From Anthoceros angustus (Eukaryota > Plantae > Anthocerotophyta), in contig MU008160.1 of NCBI GenBank assembly GCA_010909165.1, forward strand, positions 434,001-498,000: a DNA stretch of 64,000 nt, read 5' to 3'. Every line of letters starts with the position of its first letter. Position 1 is the first letter of the stretch. Made by a program: the position numbers and the translations under genes. Positions 50,543 through 61,784 of this stretch are shown one piece after another. The notes under the pieces are model-generated. The model saw only the letters and a list, made by a program, of their open reading frames with translations. It searched no databases and was not told where the DNA came from.

Positions 50543-52007
50543 ATGACGATCCAGGCGCTCAACAGCTGCGACAGCGAGGCCATCCAGGTTGCCAAGTCCA
50601 GCATGTCGGGAGGCAACGGGGATGCCAGCTACGCCAAGAACTCGCAATCGCAAGCACACGTCTTCAATTTCTGCGAAAGCATTCTCTACACCGCATTGCG
50701 GGAGGTGGGCGATATCCCCGCTCCCGCACCCGGTGTTCCGGCTCTGAGGATCGCAGATCTGGGATGCGCCACGGGCAGCAACACGTTGAATGCGGTGAAG
50801 AGCATTTTGGATGTGGTGAAATACAGATACCGGATTCAGGATGTGGAGATGCCGGAGGTGGAGGTCTCCTTCTCCGATCTGCCTTCCAACGATTTCAACA
50901 CTCTGTTCCAAGAATTGCCGCCTCTCCATCGTGCGGTGGCCAACCGGACCCTCAAGGATTTCAGGCGCAATGCTAGTAAGAGGATTTTCTACGCCGGCGG
51001 TGTTCCCGGCTCCTTCTTCAAGGAGAGGCTCTTCCCTACCAGGAGCATGCACATCATCTCCTCCTTCTCGGCCCTCCATTGGCTGTCCGATGTGAGTTTT
51101 CCATCCCCAGTATTATTCCGCCAGCAGCATTGTTGCCAATGATATGGAGAAACATGAAACTGACAATCACTCTCCGCTCGGCTGTGTGCAGGTTCCTGCA
51201 GAGATCACAGACAGAAATTCTGACGCCTACAACACGAACCGCATCTGGTTTGATGGAACCAGTGGACCAGTACGAGATGTAATCGCCCAACAATCCGCGG
51301 CTGATTTGAGGAAGTTTCTGCAGTTTCGAGCTGAAGAGCTGGTGCCTGGTGGCATTCTGGTGCTCATGTTCGGAGGCAGATTGGAAAAAGACCGTGTTAG
51401 GAATAATGGGCGGGACCTGGCTCACGGAGTGGAAGAGTTTCAAGGCTTGAGTGAAGCTGGCGAGTTGCTTCAACAAAGCTTCCAGGAACTTGTTTCTGAG
51501 GTACTAAATCAACTGCTTCCACAACTCAGCTTGGCTTCAAATCATTCCAGCTTGAATCCACTTGCCATGCTTTTCCTTCATCGAAATTACTTCTTCATCT
51601 CTCACAATCATGTACGCTATCTTCATTGACAGGGCGTGATTGAGCAAGAGAAGCTGGATACCTTCAACATCTCAGCTTACAGCAGAAGTCTGGCAGAAGT
51701 GAAGAAAGCTGTGAAGGAGTCGAGGCTGTTCGACATCCACTTGCTGGACAACGTGGCCAAGGAAGACATCATCCCAGCAGAGGAGAAGAGAAGAATGTGG
51801 CCAACCCGGGAAGCATTTGGAAGGAGCTGGGCAAACAAGACGAGGAGCGTGACATCGGGACTGCTCCACAGCCACATCGGGCCCGAGCTTTCAGACCTCT
51901 TGTTCCAGCGGCTTGAGGCCAAGGCCACCCAAAATTACGATAAGTACAGCAACATTAGGATGTGCGCAATCGTGGCTATTCTGGTCCGCCGATCTCAACA
52001 CTCTTGA
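50543..52007 (+). CDS. SABATH carboxyl methyltransferase 2; exons 50543-51091, 51192-51500, 51633-52007
   Basis: Same motifs and intron positions as copy 1. Confidence 0.95.
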
Positions 52008-52279
52008 GAGGTGCCGAATCACAAGTTTATGGTTAGGGTTCAGTACGTCAGGGTACTGAACCCTGGTCTGATTTTGTCAAATCGCTATACAGTATCTCCC
52101 ACCTGTGTATATATGCAATTTTTTTAAAACATTCTTTACACAATTTCTCGTGGCTCTTTGATGGGCTTTTCCCATCGTTTTTTCACCTCAATAAAATCTT
52201 TCTATTTCTCGTGGCTCTTTCTCCTTCGTCGTCTTTCACCTGCTGCTTTTTCTCAACCGGATTGGGTACATATGTATAT

Positions 52280-52460
52280 TATAGCATCAAATATTCGTTT
52301 TTAGATAATTATTTAATATAAATTATAATTATTTTATTCAATAGTTTCTTTATACTATATAAAGTTACGTAAGACTTTTATATTAAATAATAAATTTATA
52401 TAAATTATAATATCAATATACTTTTTATATAAATTAATAAAATTGATATAAATTATAATT
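52280..52460. repeat. Extremely AT-rich island with an internal ~40 bp duplication
   Basis: AATAAATTTATATAAATTATAAT and AATAAAATTGATATAAATTATAAT. Confidence 0.6.
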
Positions 52461-53757
52461 CTAATCTACCTCCATGGAGACCATTGTGGTGCTCTTGTAA
52501 TGAGCTGTCAAAATCATAGGGTGAGTTCTTCCAGGCCAATTGTTAATTTTTCATAGCGTTCTTATGTGCAAAATAACTCACATAAATCAACATAAATTGT
52601 AGCACACACTCTCAAGACATGAGTAGTATTATTCTTGCAACATGACGCTTTACACATGTCCCATGTTCAGTGTTGGTTCTATGGGCGGTAACTTGTGTCT
52701 TTATGTTTGGCACACATGGTCTAGTGCCCAAGTTTGGTCTTCCTTGCATGTATGTGCATTCTAACTGTCCAGGGTACCTTGATAGAAGTCTTTGGAGTTG
52801 AGGAACTCTAAAAGTGGATGTGCATTTTTCTTGAAGAATGGTACTTGGGAGTTGAAGAATGGTACTTGGGAGTTGATAACTTTGAGTGGTTCGTTATGCA
52901 AGGGATGCAAGTGGACACTTATTGGGCGGATGCAAATAAACTACTATTGAACAAAGTGCTTGTGGACTCTAAAGTACATGACAACTTGTAGGTGAACTAT
53001 CAGGCTTGTCTATTGACTTGAATGAAGTACAAATTAAATATTATATTAATAATATGAACCTTGGAAAAGGCATTCAACACTCAGAAGAGCGAGCCGGCTA
53101 TCCGGGGTATGGAGTCGGCTACGTACACAGTACACACTCTTACCTCTGCCGTTGTCCGTTTGTGCCTACTCAACATACGGGCGAGGCTCGGAATTCACAT
53201 TAGGGTTTAGGCATTGCCCGGGAGTGAGCGAGAGGCTTCTTTGTCGATAATGCCTACATTATTAGCTACCGTAAATTGGGATGTTGCCGCCCTGAGACGA
53301 GTCACGAGAGCGGCGGAAGTTGTGCACATGTCAGACAGGCCTGTCGATGCTTTGCTTGACAGCGAGTGAAGACTAGAACAAGGTGTTTTGAACGCATTTG
53401 ACTACTAGTCCCCTAGGTAGCTGTGATTCTGCGGAGACCTCAAGTCGGAACAAGTCTTCTAATCAAGCCGCAGAGGGCGTCGGGACATGCCGACTCGTTG
53501 CTGAAGCAGAGGCTATAAGGGAGCTGCCTCAACGTCTTCATCATCCATCCCTCTTCCACTCCTTTTACATATCCATTTGCATTCCTCCCTAAAGTTGCTG
53601 AACCGAGTGTGTTGAGAGGTTGTTGCAGAGGGATTGTTGAGAGACTGCTCGGGACGGCTGTTTGGCCTGTCATCGCATCCGCTTCGCAAGCCTTAGGTTG
53701 CTGCCAGCTGGTTTTGTCGCTCCTTCCTTGCAAGAACAACAGCATCGAGACTGCAAA

Positions 53758-55224
53758 ATGATCGAGGCGCGAAACAGCTCCGACAGCGGGGCCATCCAGG
53801 TTGCCAAATCCAGCATGTCGGGAGGCAGCGGGGACGCCAGCTATGCCAAGAACTCGCAGTCGCAAGCTCACGTCTTCAACTACTGTGAAAGCATTCTATA
53901 CACCGCCTTGAGGGAGGTGCGGGACATCCCCGCTCCCCCGCCCGGTGTGCCAGCTCTGAGGATGGCGGATCTTGGATGCGCCACCGGCAGCAACACGCTG
54001 AATGCAGTGAAGAGCATCTTGGATGTGGTGAAATCCAGATACCAGAATGAAGTTGAAGAAATGCCGGAGGTGGAGGTCTTCTTCTCCGATCTGCCTTCCA
54101 ACGATTTCAACACCTTGTTCCAGGAATTGCCACCGCTTCATCGTGATTCCAACCGCTCCCTCAAGGATTTCAAGCGAACTTCCAGCAAGAGGATTTTCTC
54201 CGCCGGAGGTGTTCCCGGCTCCTTCTTCCAGGAGAAGCTGTTCCCTTCGAGGAGCATGCACATCATCTCCTCTTTCTCGGCCCTGCATTGGCTCTCCGAG
54301 GTGATTTTCTCACTTCCAGTCCTCTTGTTCTGGACGGGACGCAGAACAAGTAGATGAGGTTTCAGCTCAGAAGGATAAAATCAAGTGACATCTTGATTCT
54401 CGTGTGCAGGTTCCGGAAGGGATCACGGACAAAGATAGCGATGCCTACAACAGGAACCGCATCTGGTTCGATGGAGCGGCTGGACCAGTACGAGATGCAA
54501 TTGCTCAACAATCCGCGGCTGATTTGAGGAAGTTTCTGCAATTTCGAGCGGAAGAGCTGGTGCCCGGCGGCCTTCTGGTGCTCATGTTCGGAGGCAGGTT
54601 GGAGAAGGACCGTTTTAGGACTGCGGGGGACCGTGCTAACGGAGTGGAAGAGTTTCAAGGCTTGAGTGAAGCCGGCGAACTGCTGCAACAGAGCTTCCAG
54701 GAACTTGTTTCTGAGGTACCACTAGCTACAAATCATTCTCCAAGGACGCATCTCGAATTCAGTTCCAAAAGTTTCCCGTTCCCAGATCCTGTGAGGCTTC
54801 ATCACACATGCCTCAACAGTATTCTTCATCTCACAACGTCTGTCATCTTCACTGACAGGGAGTGATTGACCAAGAGAAGCTGGACACTTTCAACATCTCA
54901 GCTTACAGTAGAAGTCTGGCAGAAGTAAAGAAAGCTGTGAAGGAGTCGAGGCTGTTCGACATCCACTTGCTGGACAACGTGGCGCAGGAAGACATCATCC
55001 CGGCGGAGGAGAAGAAAAGAATGTGGCCAACCCGGGAAGCATTTGGAAGGAGCTGGGCAAACAAGACGAGGAGTGTTATATCAGGACTGCTCCACAGTCA
55101 CATCGGGCCTGAGCTTTCGGACGTCTTGTTCCAGCGGCTGGAGGCCAAGGCCACCCATAACTTCGACAAGTACAGCAACATTAGGATGTGTGCAATCGTG
55201 GCTATCCTGGTCCGCCGATCTTGA
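53758..55224 (+). CDS. SABATH carboxyl methyltransferase 3; exons 53758-54300, 54410-54715, 54859-55224
   Basis: Same motifs (MADLGCATGSNT); more divergent than copies 1 and 2. Confidence 0.95.
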
Positions 55225-56467
55225 CAATTTTGAGGTTCTTGCACATTTCTTTGTAGTCATCTGTGCCGTCAAGTGGGCATAGATGAGTTCGAAAAGCCCT
55301 GGTCCTGTAGGGCTTACATATACATAGGGCATATCTCCCACTGTGTACATATGTTCATCCAATCGCAATGATGGTTCGCTAGGCGGTCTTGTCCTGTATG
55401 GGCAGATGCTTATGCGGTGCTTCAAGATGTCTGCTAGAAAGCTACACTCACTGTGTGCTGTCACGTATTGGCCCTGTCCAGATTCCACTTGGTCGATTTG
55501 TTCTGTCAAGCCAAATTATTCGCGGTTGTTTATTACGGTTGTCCTTTTGCGAGAGATCGGACGTCCACTGACACGAACATACAAACCAGAAATCGGCGGC
55601 AACGTGTGGTCATCAGTTTCGTCAGAGACGGATATTTCTCAAAGCCACCAGCCAATGGGTCTCTCCACGGAGGAACCCGTTTTCGCCTCATAACTGAGAA
55701 CCCAAAACGTCATGCCAAAACTTGTTCCATGAGAGCAGGAACCGTTCCACTGTCTAGCCATCACGAGAAATCTGCAAAATGTCCAGGACTAGAAAGAGAA
55801 TCCAGTTTGCTTGGACCCACAGCATGGATTTCACATGCCCGAGTTCAACTATCCAAGTCATGAGAACTTTTAGGGCTGGAAAGTTTTCCCCGGCATCAGG
55901 CTAGGTCTCTTCTTGAGAGCAAAATCGCCTTCACTTTGATCTCCGCATAACTATCCACTGTAGCAGGGGGCACAGGGAATGGCTTTGAAACTCGAGCTTC
56001 TGATGAGGACAGGTAAGTAATAAAAACGAAAGCACTAGCCCCGTTCAAACCCAGCTGGCCTCTTGAATCTACGTGCAAGGATCATAATCTCCAAAGAACC
56101 GGCTCCTGTGATATGACGTTGCAAACTCCAGGGGCAAAATTAGCTCAGACTGTACCACGTTACCCTGCAACTGTGTATGAGTACTTCATGCAAGTCAAAA
56201 CAAGTGCATTCTGATCAGATTGCACACCTTGCCCTTCTTCCTGTTGAACTCTCCTTGAACACTGGACCAGGCCGACTGCAGCCATACGGAATCAACGACC
56301 TGGGACAAACAAACCTCAAAAGTAGTACAAAAAGGAAATCCGCTTTTCGATGGCCAGTTCCTGCTCGAGGCACTTCCTAGCTCCCAGGCAGAGTTGCCAC
56401 TCATCAGAATGCCGTGGCCTACACAGGGTGGGCTTGCAATACGCCTGCTTGGCAATCAATAAAATAA

Positions 56468-57535
56468 CTAACGCAGCATAGAGTGTTTGCCATTCTTCAC
56501 ACCTTCTGAAGTGACGATATCCAAGTCCCTCATGCCCTGCTTCAAAGCACCTACAATTCTGGATATGGCATCAGTCTGCTGCCGGATTACTTCACGCATG
56601 TCCACAAGGCTCTGGTCATTGATTTTCCCGGATGCAGGCAGCATCGACCCCGAAGTGGTCCCGACCCCAGCCTGCATCCGTGAGACTGCAAGCAGCACAT
56701 CCACCCTCCTCAGCAGCTCCACACTGGTCCCCTGCCACACTCCACACAAGCACCTCAATATACTACTACTGTCATACCGCATCATCTTCCCCTATAACCA
56801 GACCACTGAACACAATGCTAACCTGCAGCTGGCGGTTGATCGATCGTAGCCGCTCTTGCAACTGTGCCTCCCCCCGGGTGAGAGCTATATGCAAACCCTT
56901 GCCCTCCAAACCCTCCACAATGCGCATAAGCTTGAGTAGTCGGCACTGCAACAAAACACATCCCAGTGTCCACTCTCTCAGACAAGGTCATACATCCTTT
57001 GCAGCCTCGAGTCTCCGCAAGTGGCAACCTGACGTTCACACAGTACAAGTCTTCCATCCTTGTTCCGGAAAAACAGCAGACAAGTTCAAACCTGCAAATC
57101 CTGCTCCTTCCGCCGCAACTTTTGCACCCAAGGCAGTGTATCCGTCTGGAAGTGCCGCTGCAGCACCTTCACATTCGTCTCCGTTGCCCTCAGCCTCTGC
57201 ACGTCGTCGGCCAGAGCCTGGTCCTGCAGCTGCAGCCGAGTGGACAAATCCTTAAACCCGGACACCAGCTCCGGCCAGAGCTTCTCCCGCTCCTGCGGCT
57301 CCAGCCCCTCCATCTTGTTAATGGCTTCTGCCCACAGGATGTCCGATACGCCCAAAGGCTTCACCCTCATCTTGGGGTCCGTCACAGAGAGCAAGAGATG
57401 CCGGAAGCCATAGCGCGGGTTGGCGGGCTCGTGGTTGTACGCATCGATGATGGGTTGCACCTCCCTGGCAGGCAGAGTCACTGCCAGGGGCGCCACCGGC
57501 GCCATCTGCGTCGTCAACTGGTTGCTGCCGTACAT
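56468..57535 (-). CDS. NUP54: Nucleoporin Nup54; exons 57535-57092, 56945-56823, 56731-56468; ~276 aa
   Basis: QMAPVAPL, NPRYGFRHLLLSVTDP, KPLGVSDILWAEA, LWPELVSGFKDLSTRLQLQD, VLQRHFQTDTLPW, RLLKLMRIVEGLEGKG match plant Nup54. Confidence 0.88.
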
Positions 57536-57732
57536 GGTTCCAGATCATGTGCCACAATCCCAGTCCTCCCGACTTCACAAAATCCGCACTCCTGCAACCC
57601 AACCTGCGGAAATTCTCCCACTCACCCCACCTCGCTCACCTTATCTTTCCCTTAGGCTACTTTCTTGGGTTTTCAAGCTTTTCCTTGCCTTCCACTCGGA
57701 AGACGAGGAGGCCGGCTGTTGCCGCAGCAAAA

Positions 57733-58737
57733 ATGGCGGCTGCAGCAGTCGCGCCCGGTGGGCAGGGAGCGCTTGCTCTCACTCGCCTGACCACATTGCA
57801 ATCCTTGTCCAGCGGCTCAGAGCTGAGATGCCAGACCCGGGGCTCCCGCTGCTCCGCCACCCTGGTGCTGGAGAGCCCGTCTGTGATGCCGGTGCCGTCT
57901 ACCCGGAGCACCGCTGAGCCAACCAGCAACGGGTCTGGATTGGACGGGACAATCTTCTTCTTCGAAGCAATCGGGGTGGATTCCGACACCGTCTTCTCCA
58001 AGTACCCTGCCATTGTCACCGTCCCTTTGAGCAGACTGGAAGCAGCGCTTGCCTTCCTCAAGAGCTGTGGGCTGCAAGGAAGGGAGCTGTCCAGAATTGC
58101 CAGGAACTGGCCGCAGGTCCTGGGGTGCAGCGTCGAGGAGCGGCTTCAGCCCAACCTGGACTTTCTGGTGAAGGAGGTTGGGGTGGAGAAGAAGGATATG
58201 AAGAAGCTGCTGACCAGGGCTCCCAGGATCCTGGCTACCAGCATAGACTACCAGCTTCGGCCGGCATTGGAGTATCTGCGGTCTCTTGGCCTCACTGACT
58301 TGGGTGTCCTGGTGTGCAACAATCCCACTGTGCTTTCCGCCGGGATAGAAACTAAGCTGAAGCCCAAATTTGAGTATCTCAAGGGCTTGGGTTTCTCGCA
58401 CGAGTGCACTGTGGGGATGGTGTGGAGGTTTCCTTCTATCTTCAACTACAGCATTGAAACCAACCTTGTTCCGAAGGTTGAGTATCTGACCAAGGAAATG
58501 GGACGTGATGTGGAGGAACTGAGTGTGTTTCCGCAGTTCTTTGGATACAGTTTGGAGCAAAGAACCAAACCAAGACATGAGTATCTGGTTGCACGAAATC
58601 TTAGAATTTCTCTTGCTAACATGCTCAAGCCCGAGGATGAGGCTTTTTTCAAGATATGCGCAGATGTTTCACTGTGGAAAGGAAGGAGATCGCTAGTTGT
58701 AGCGGCCTCTTCTCAAACAGTTCCTAGACCTGACTGA
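57733..58737 (+). CDS. mTERF-family protein, likely plastid-targeted, mTERF1/SOLDAT10-like
   Basis: Intronless; Ala/Ser-rich N-terminus; mTERF repeats; IFNYSIETNLVPKVEYL..FPQFFGYSLEQRTKPRH. Confidence 0.9.
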   Translation: MAAAAVAPGGQGALALTRLTTLQSLSSGSELRCQTRGSRCSATLVLESPSVMPVPSTRSTAEPTSNGSGLDGTIFFFEAIGVDSDTVFSKYPAIVTVPLSRLEAALAFLKSCGLQGRELSRIARNWPQVLGCSVEERLQPNLDFLVKEVGVEKKDMKKLLTRAPRILATSIDYQLRPALEYLRSLGLTDLGVLVCNNPTVLSAGIETKLKPKFEYLKGLGFSHECTVGMVWRFPSIFNYSIETNLVPKVEYLTKEMGRDVEELSVFPQFFGYSLEQRTKPRHEYLVARNLRISLANMLKPEDEAFFKICADVSLWKGRRSLVVAASSQTVPRPD

Positions 58738-59659
58738 TGGCACGGGTGTGCAGGAAACTAACCACTGACATCACATGGCTTGCTCTGATGAGCATTGATA
58801 CCAACCAATTCAATGTTGTCTTCAGAGATATGGTATTGTGGGGACTGCTTAGATGCTTGCTTTCACAAGCGGTCAAGCTAGCTATGAAACATCAGAAACC
58901 GGCGCATGGCTTCTGTTGTTCAGTTCATCTCCCTGTTGCGGCACCTTGTTGTGCTGGTCATCAGGTCCGGAGGTCCGTCGGGAAGCCATTTATTGTCCAG
59001 CTCTTATCAGGCCTGGAGGTCTGACAGGAAGCTACATCTTACGCGGTCTCACAATGTCAAAGTAAAGAATCAATTAAACAATTGTGTTGCTTCCGGAGCT
59101 TCCAAAAAAAATCAGTCAGCCAGGGAGGATTCAGCTGGGCTCCCTTTTGTGTCGGAAGGAGCTCAGCTGCCGGTACACAGGGTGACGGAACAGGTGTTAA
59201 CAAACCCCCGTGCTTCAAGTCAAAGGGAACTACTTAGAGATTATGTTCGATATTAGCCGTGCCTGGCACTGGTGGTGGCTTCATTGTCACTGGCTCGTCG
59301 GATGTGCTGAGCCCGTGCCCCCAGAATTCGGTATATTGCTTGTTGGATATATCTGGTGACCAACAGAGTAACTGGTGCAAGATGGGCACAAAAGTTAGGC
59401 CATCGTGCAATCAGAATGTCCAAAATGCAGTAGACTGTATTGAGTTCCTGAATAAACCAGAGGAGAAGCAAAGCTACCTGGCTGACTTTCTGCGCCTCCC
59501 AAAAATGTCCTCAACGTTTTCTACCTCAATGTCTTCTACAATAAATAGATAGATGCCATTGCTATTAGACTGACCATGACTCTGTTGTGCAGCAAGTCAG
59601 TAACAAGATCATGGCTTACCTCAAGGAACAAACCGAAAGAAATGAACTCGATAACATAT

Positions 59660-61506
59660 TCAAATCACCGCATCACCGGGAGCAATTTCCAGGCTGATAG
59701 CGTTGCTCTGCGATAGAGCAAACTCCTCAAAAGTTCCGTCCAGCAACCTGATACTGAAGAAATTGACGCCTACCGTCAATTGACCTTGACGTGACAGGGC
59801 TCTGCGGGAACTACCACCATTCACAATGACCTCACTCTCATTGATGACAGTGCAGGTATAGGTCCCCTCCCCAGGGTACTGATTCTGAGCACTGGCCAGA
59901 GGTATTTGCAAATCATTCTTGACAAGAACCATCTTTTCTAAGTTCAAGACAATCCGATGCATCCTGCCAAGCAGTTCTGTGACAGATCTCATATTCCCAT
60001 CCGCCAGTGCCCTTCGAACTCTTGTTGACGAAACCTGCCCTTTTTCCCTGCTTTTGTTGCTTATTTCGCATGCTGATCCTTCTGATTGATCCATCACAGA
60101 ATCGACAACGGATGCTTGAAGACCCAGCTCACTGCAAATTCGCACCAAATCTGATGAATTTCCTGCTGCTTTGTATCCAAATCTGTAGTCGGCACCTACA
60201 CAATTGAGTCCGGTCAATACCAGTGGCTGAGGTGACCATCATTTGAGAGGCATGGCACAGAAATACCCACCAGCAACCACTCCTTTGACCTTTAATTCAG
60301 TAGCCAGCTTTTGTAGAAATTCCTGGGGACTTAATGATCGAACCAGACCAAATTCAAGCGGAAATTCCCGGACTGAAGCACCACCACAGTAAGTGGACCA
60401 GAGAGACATCACTCGTCCTCGGTCACCGGGAGCCACAACTGGCAATCTACAACAACAATTTTTGCTTCAGAACATGCATGCTGCATCCCCCAACGGCACT
60501 CTGCTTTCTGCTCCAACAGAGCATCGATTTGTTTTAACCTGACAAACATCCTAGGCATTGCAGCTCATCAACTCGAATAAAACCTACCTCTTTTCCCATC
60601 CAAGAATCTCAGCGATTCCAGAAAATGAAACCAGATATGGAGTTCCCATCTTTGCTGCTTGCTGGGCTAGGGCTCGATGTCCAATGTGCAAGGCATCAAA
60701 CTTCCCCAAAGCCACAATGCCTCCAGCTACAGTGGTGGGAACCTACCAGATCCAAACGAAGCCACGTTGACGTATGTGCATATGCATGACACAGGCAATA
60801 AAGTTGTGCAACGAGAGAATTGTGGCAGGGCAGTGTCTCTGGATAATCCTCTACCAAAAACGTCAATCGAGAAAGTGCATGTGGGAGGGTGCACCATCTC
60901 TTCCTTCGCCAATTTGCTCTCCTCCCATTGTGCGTACTCAAGGTACTGTAGCTGACTCTCCTTTTCTTCCTTGCTGTTCCCAACATGCATCAGCCGTTCC
61001 CGCAGGCTAGAGCTAGCCTCGCTTGTTTGCTCCAAGCCGGTTAGCGCCCTGGCTTTCCGGAAAAAGGACTGGCAAGGCTTGGAGCTGCAAGGATCATAAA
61101 CAATCCAAGCAACCGCAATTGCCTAAACCAACTCATCAACGATGCCAAGCAGCACCTCTGGAAAGCGGACGGAGCCTCACCTCCTCTCCCAGATTGAAAA
61201 TTCAGGCACTCCAGCACACGAGTACGAATAGGAAGGTCCCAGTCTCGCTGCCTGCTCCATCACAGTGCGGTGCCCAGCATCGAATTTCCCTAAAGATCCT
61301 AAGCATCCAGCTACAGCGCTGCCCACCTGCATCATTCGTGGCCTATGAGCACAAACCCATGACGGAAATGCTTGCAGCAAGCTAGTGGAAATCAGAAAAT
61401 GAGCCTGTGGTGAGACGCAATTCTGGGTCTCGAATTCGACCAAGGACCTGACCTGAGCTCTGACAGATTCACGTATACCGTAGCCATAAGGCAGCGGCAG
61501 CGCCAT
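59660..61506 (-). CDS. Plastid FAD synthetase (RibF-like FMN adenylyltransferase); exons include 60742-60588, 60446-60271, 60195-59660; 5' exons uncertain
   Basis: [63 protein letters not shown]. Confidence 0.88.
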
Positions 61507-61784
61507 CTTGTACAACAGCTGGAGTGATGAATCTCCAACTGTTCCAGGCTGTCGGAATTCTAAGGGATGCCCTAAAGGTTGTACAACATAAAATCCATCA
61601 ACAAGATCAAGAACAGCGAGATCCTTTTCTTTCTTGGGGATCGCGTTCCCTTCCAGTTGTCCAGCATCTGGGTGGTAGAGTCACGATACGTTCATTGCAC
61701 CTGGAGATTTGGTGCAACATCTCGAATATTCTACAAGCCTAGCTTCAAAGGGACCTCAAGGGGGGTGGAGAAAACATTGTCAAC

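Noticed and set aside
47421-54288. Long antisense ORFs over SABATH exon 1 (219, 309, 130 aa)
   Set aside because: Shadow frames caused by GC-rich codon usage.
59259-59552. 97-aa plus-strand ORF between mTERF and FAD synthetase
   Set aside because: GTG start, no motif, and it lies in probable convergent 3'UTRs.
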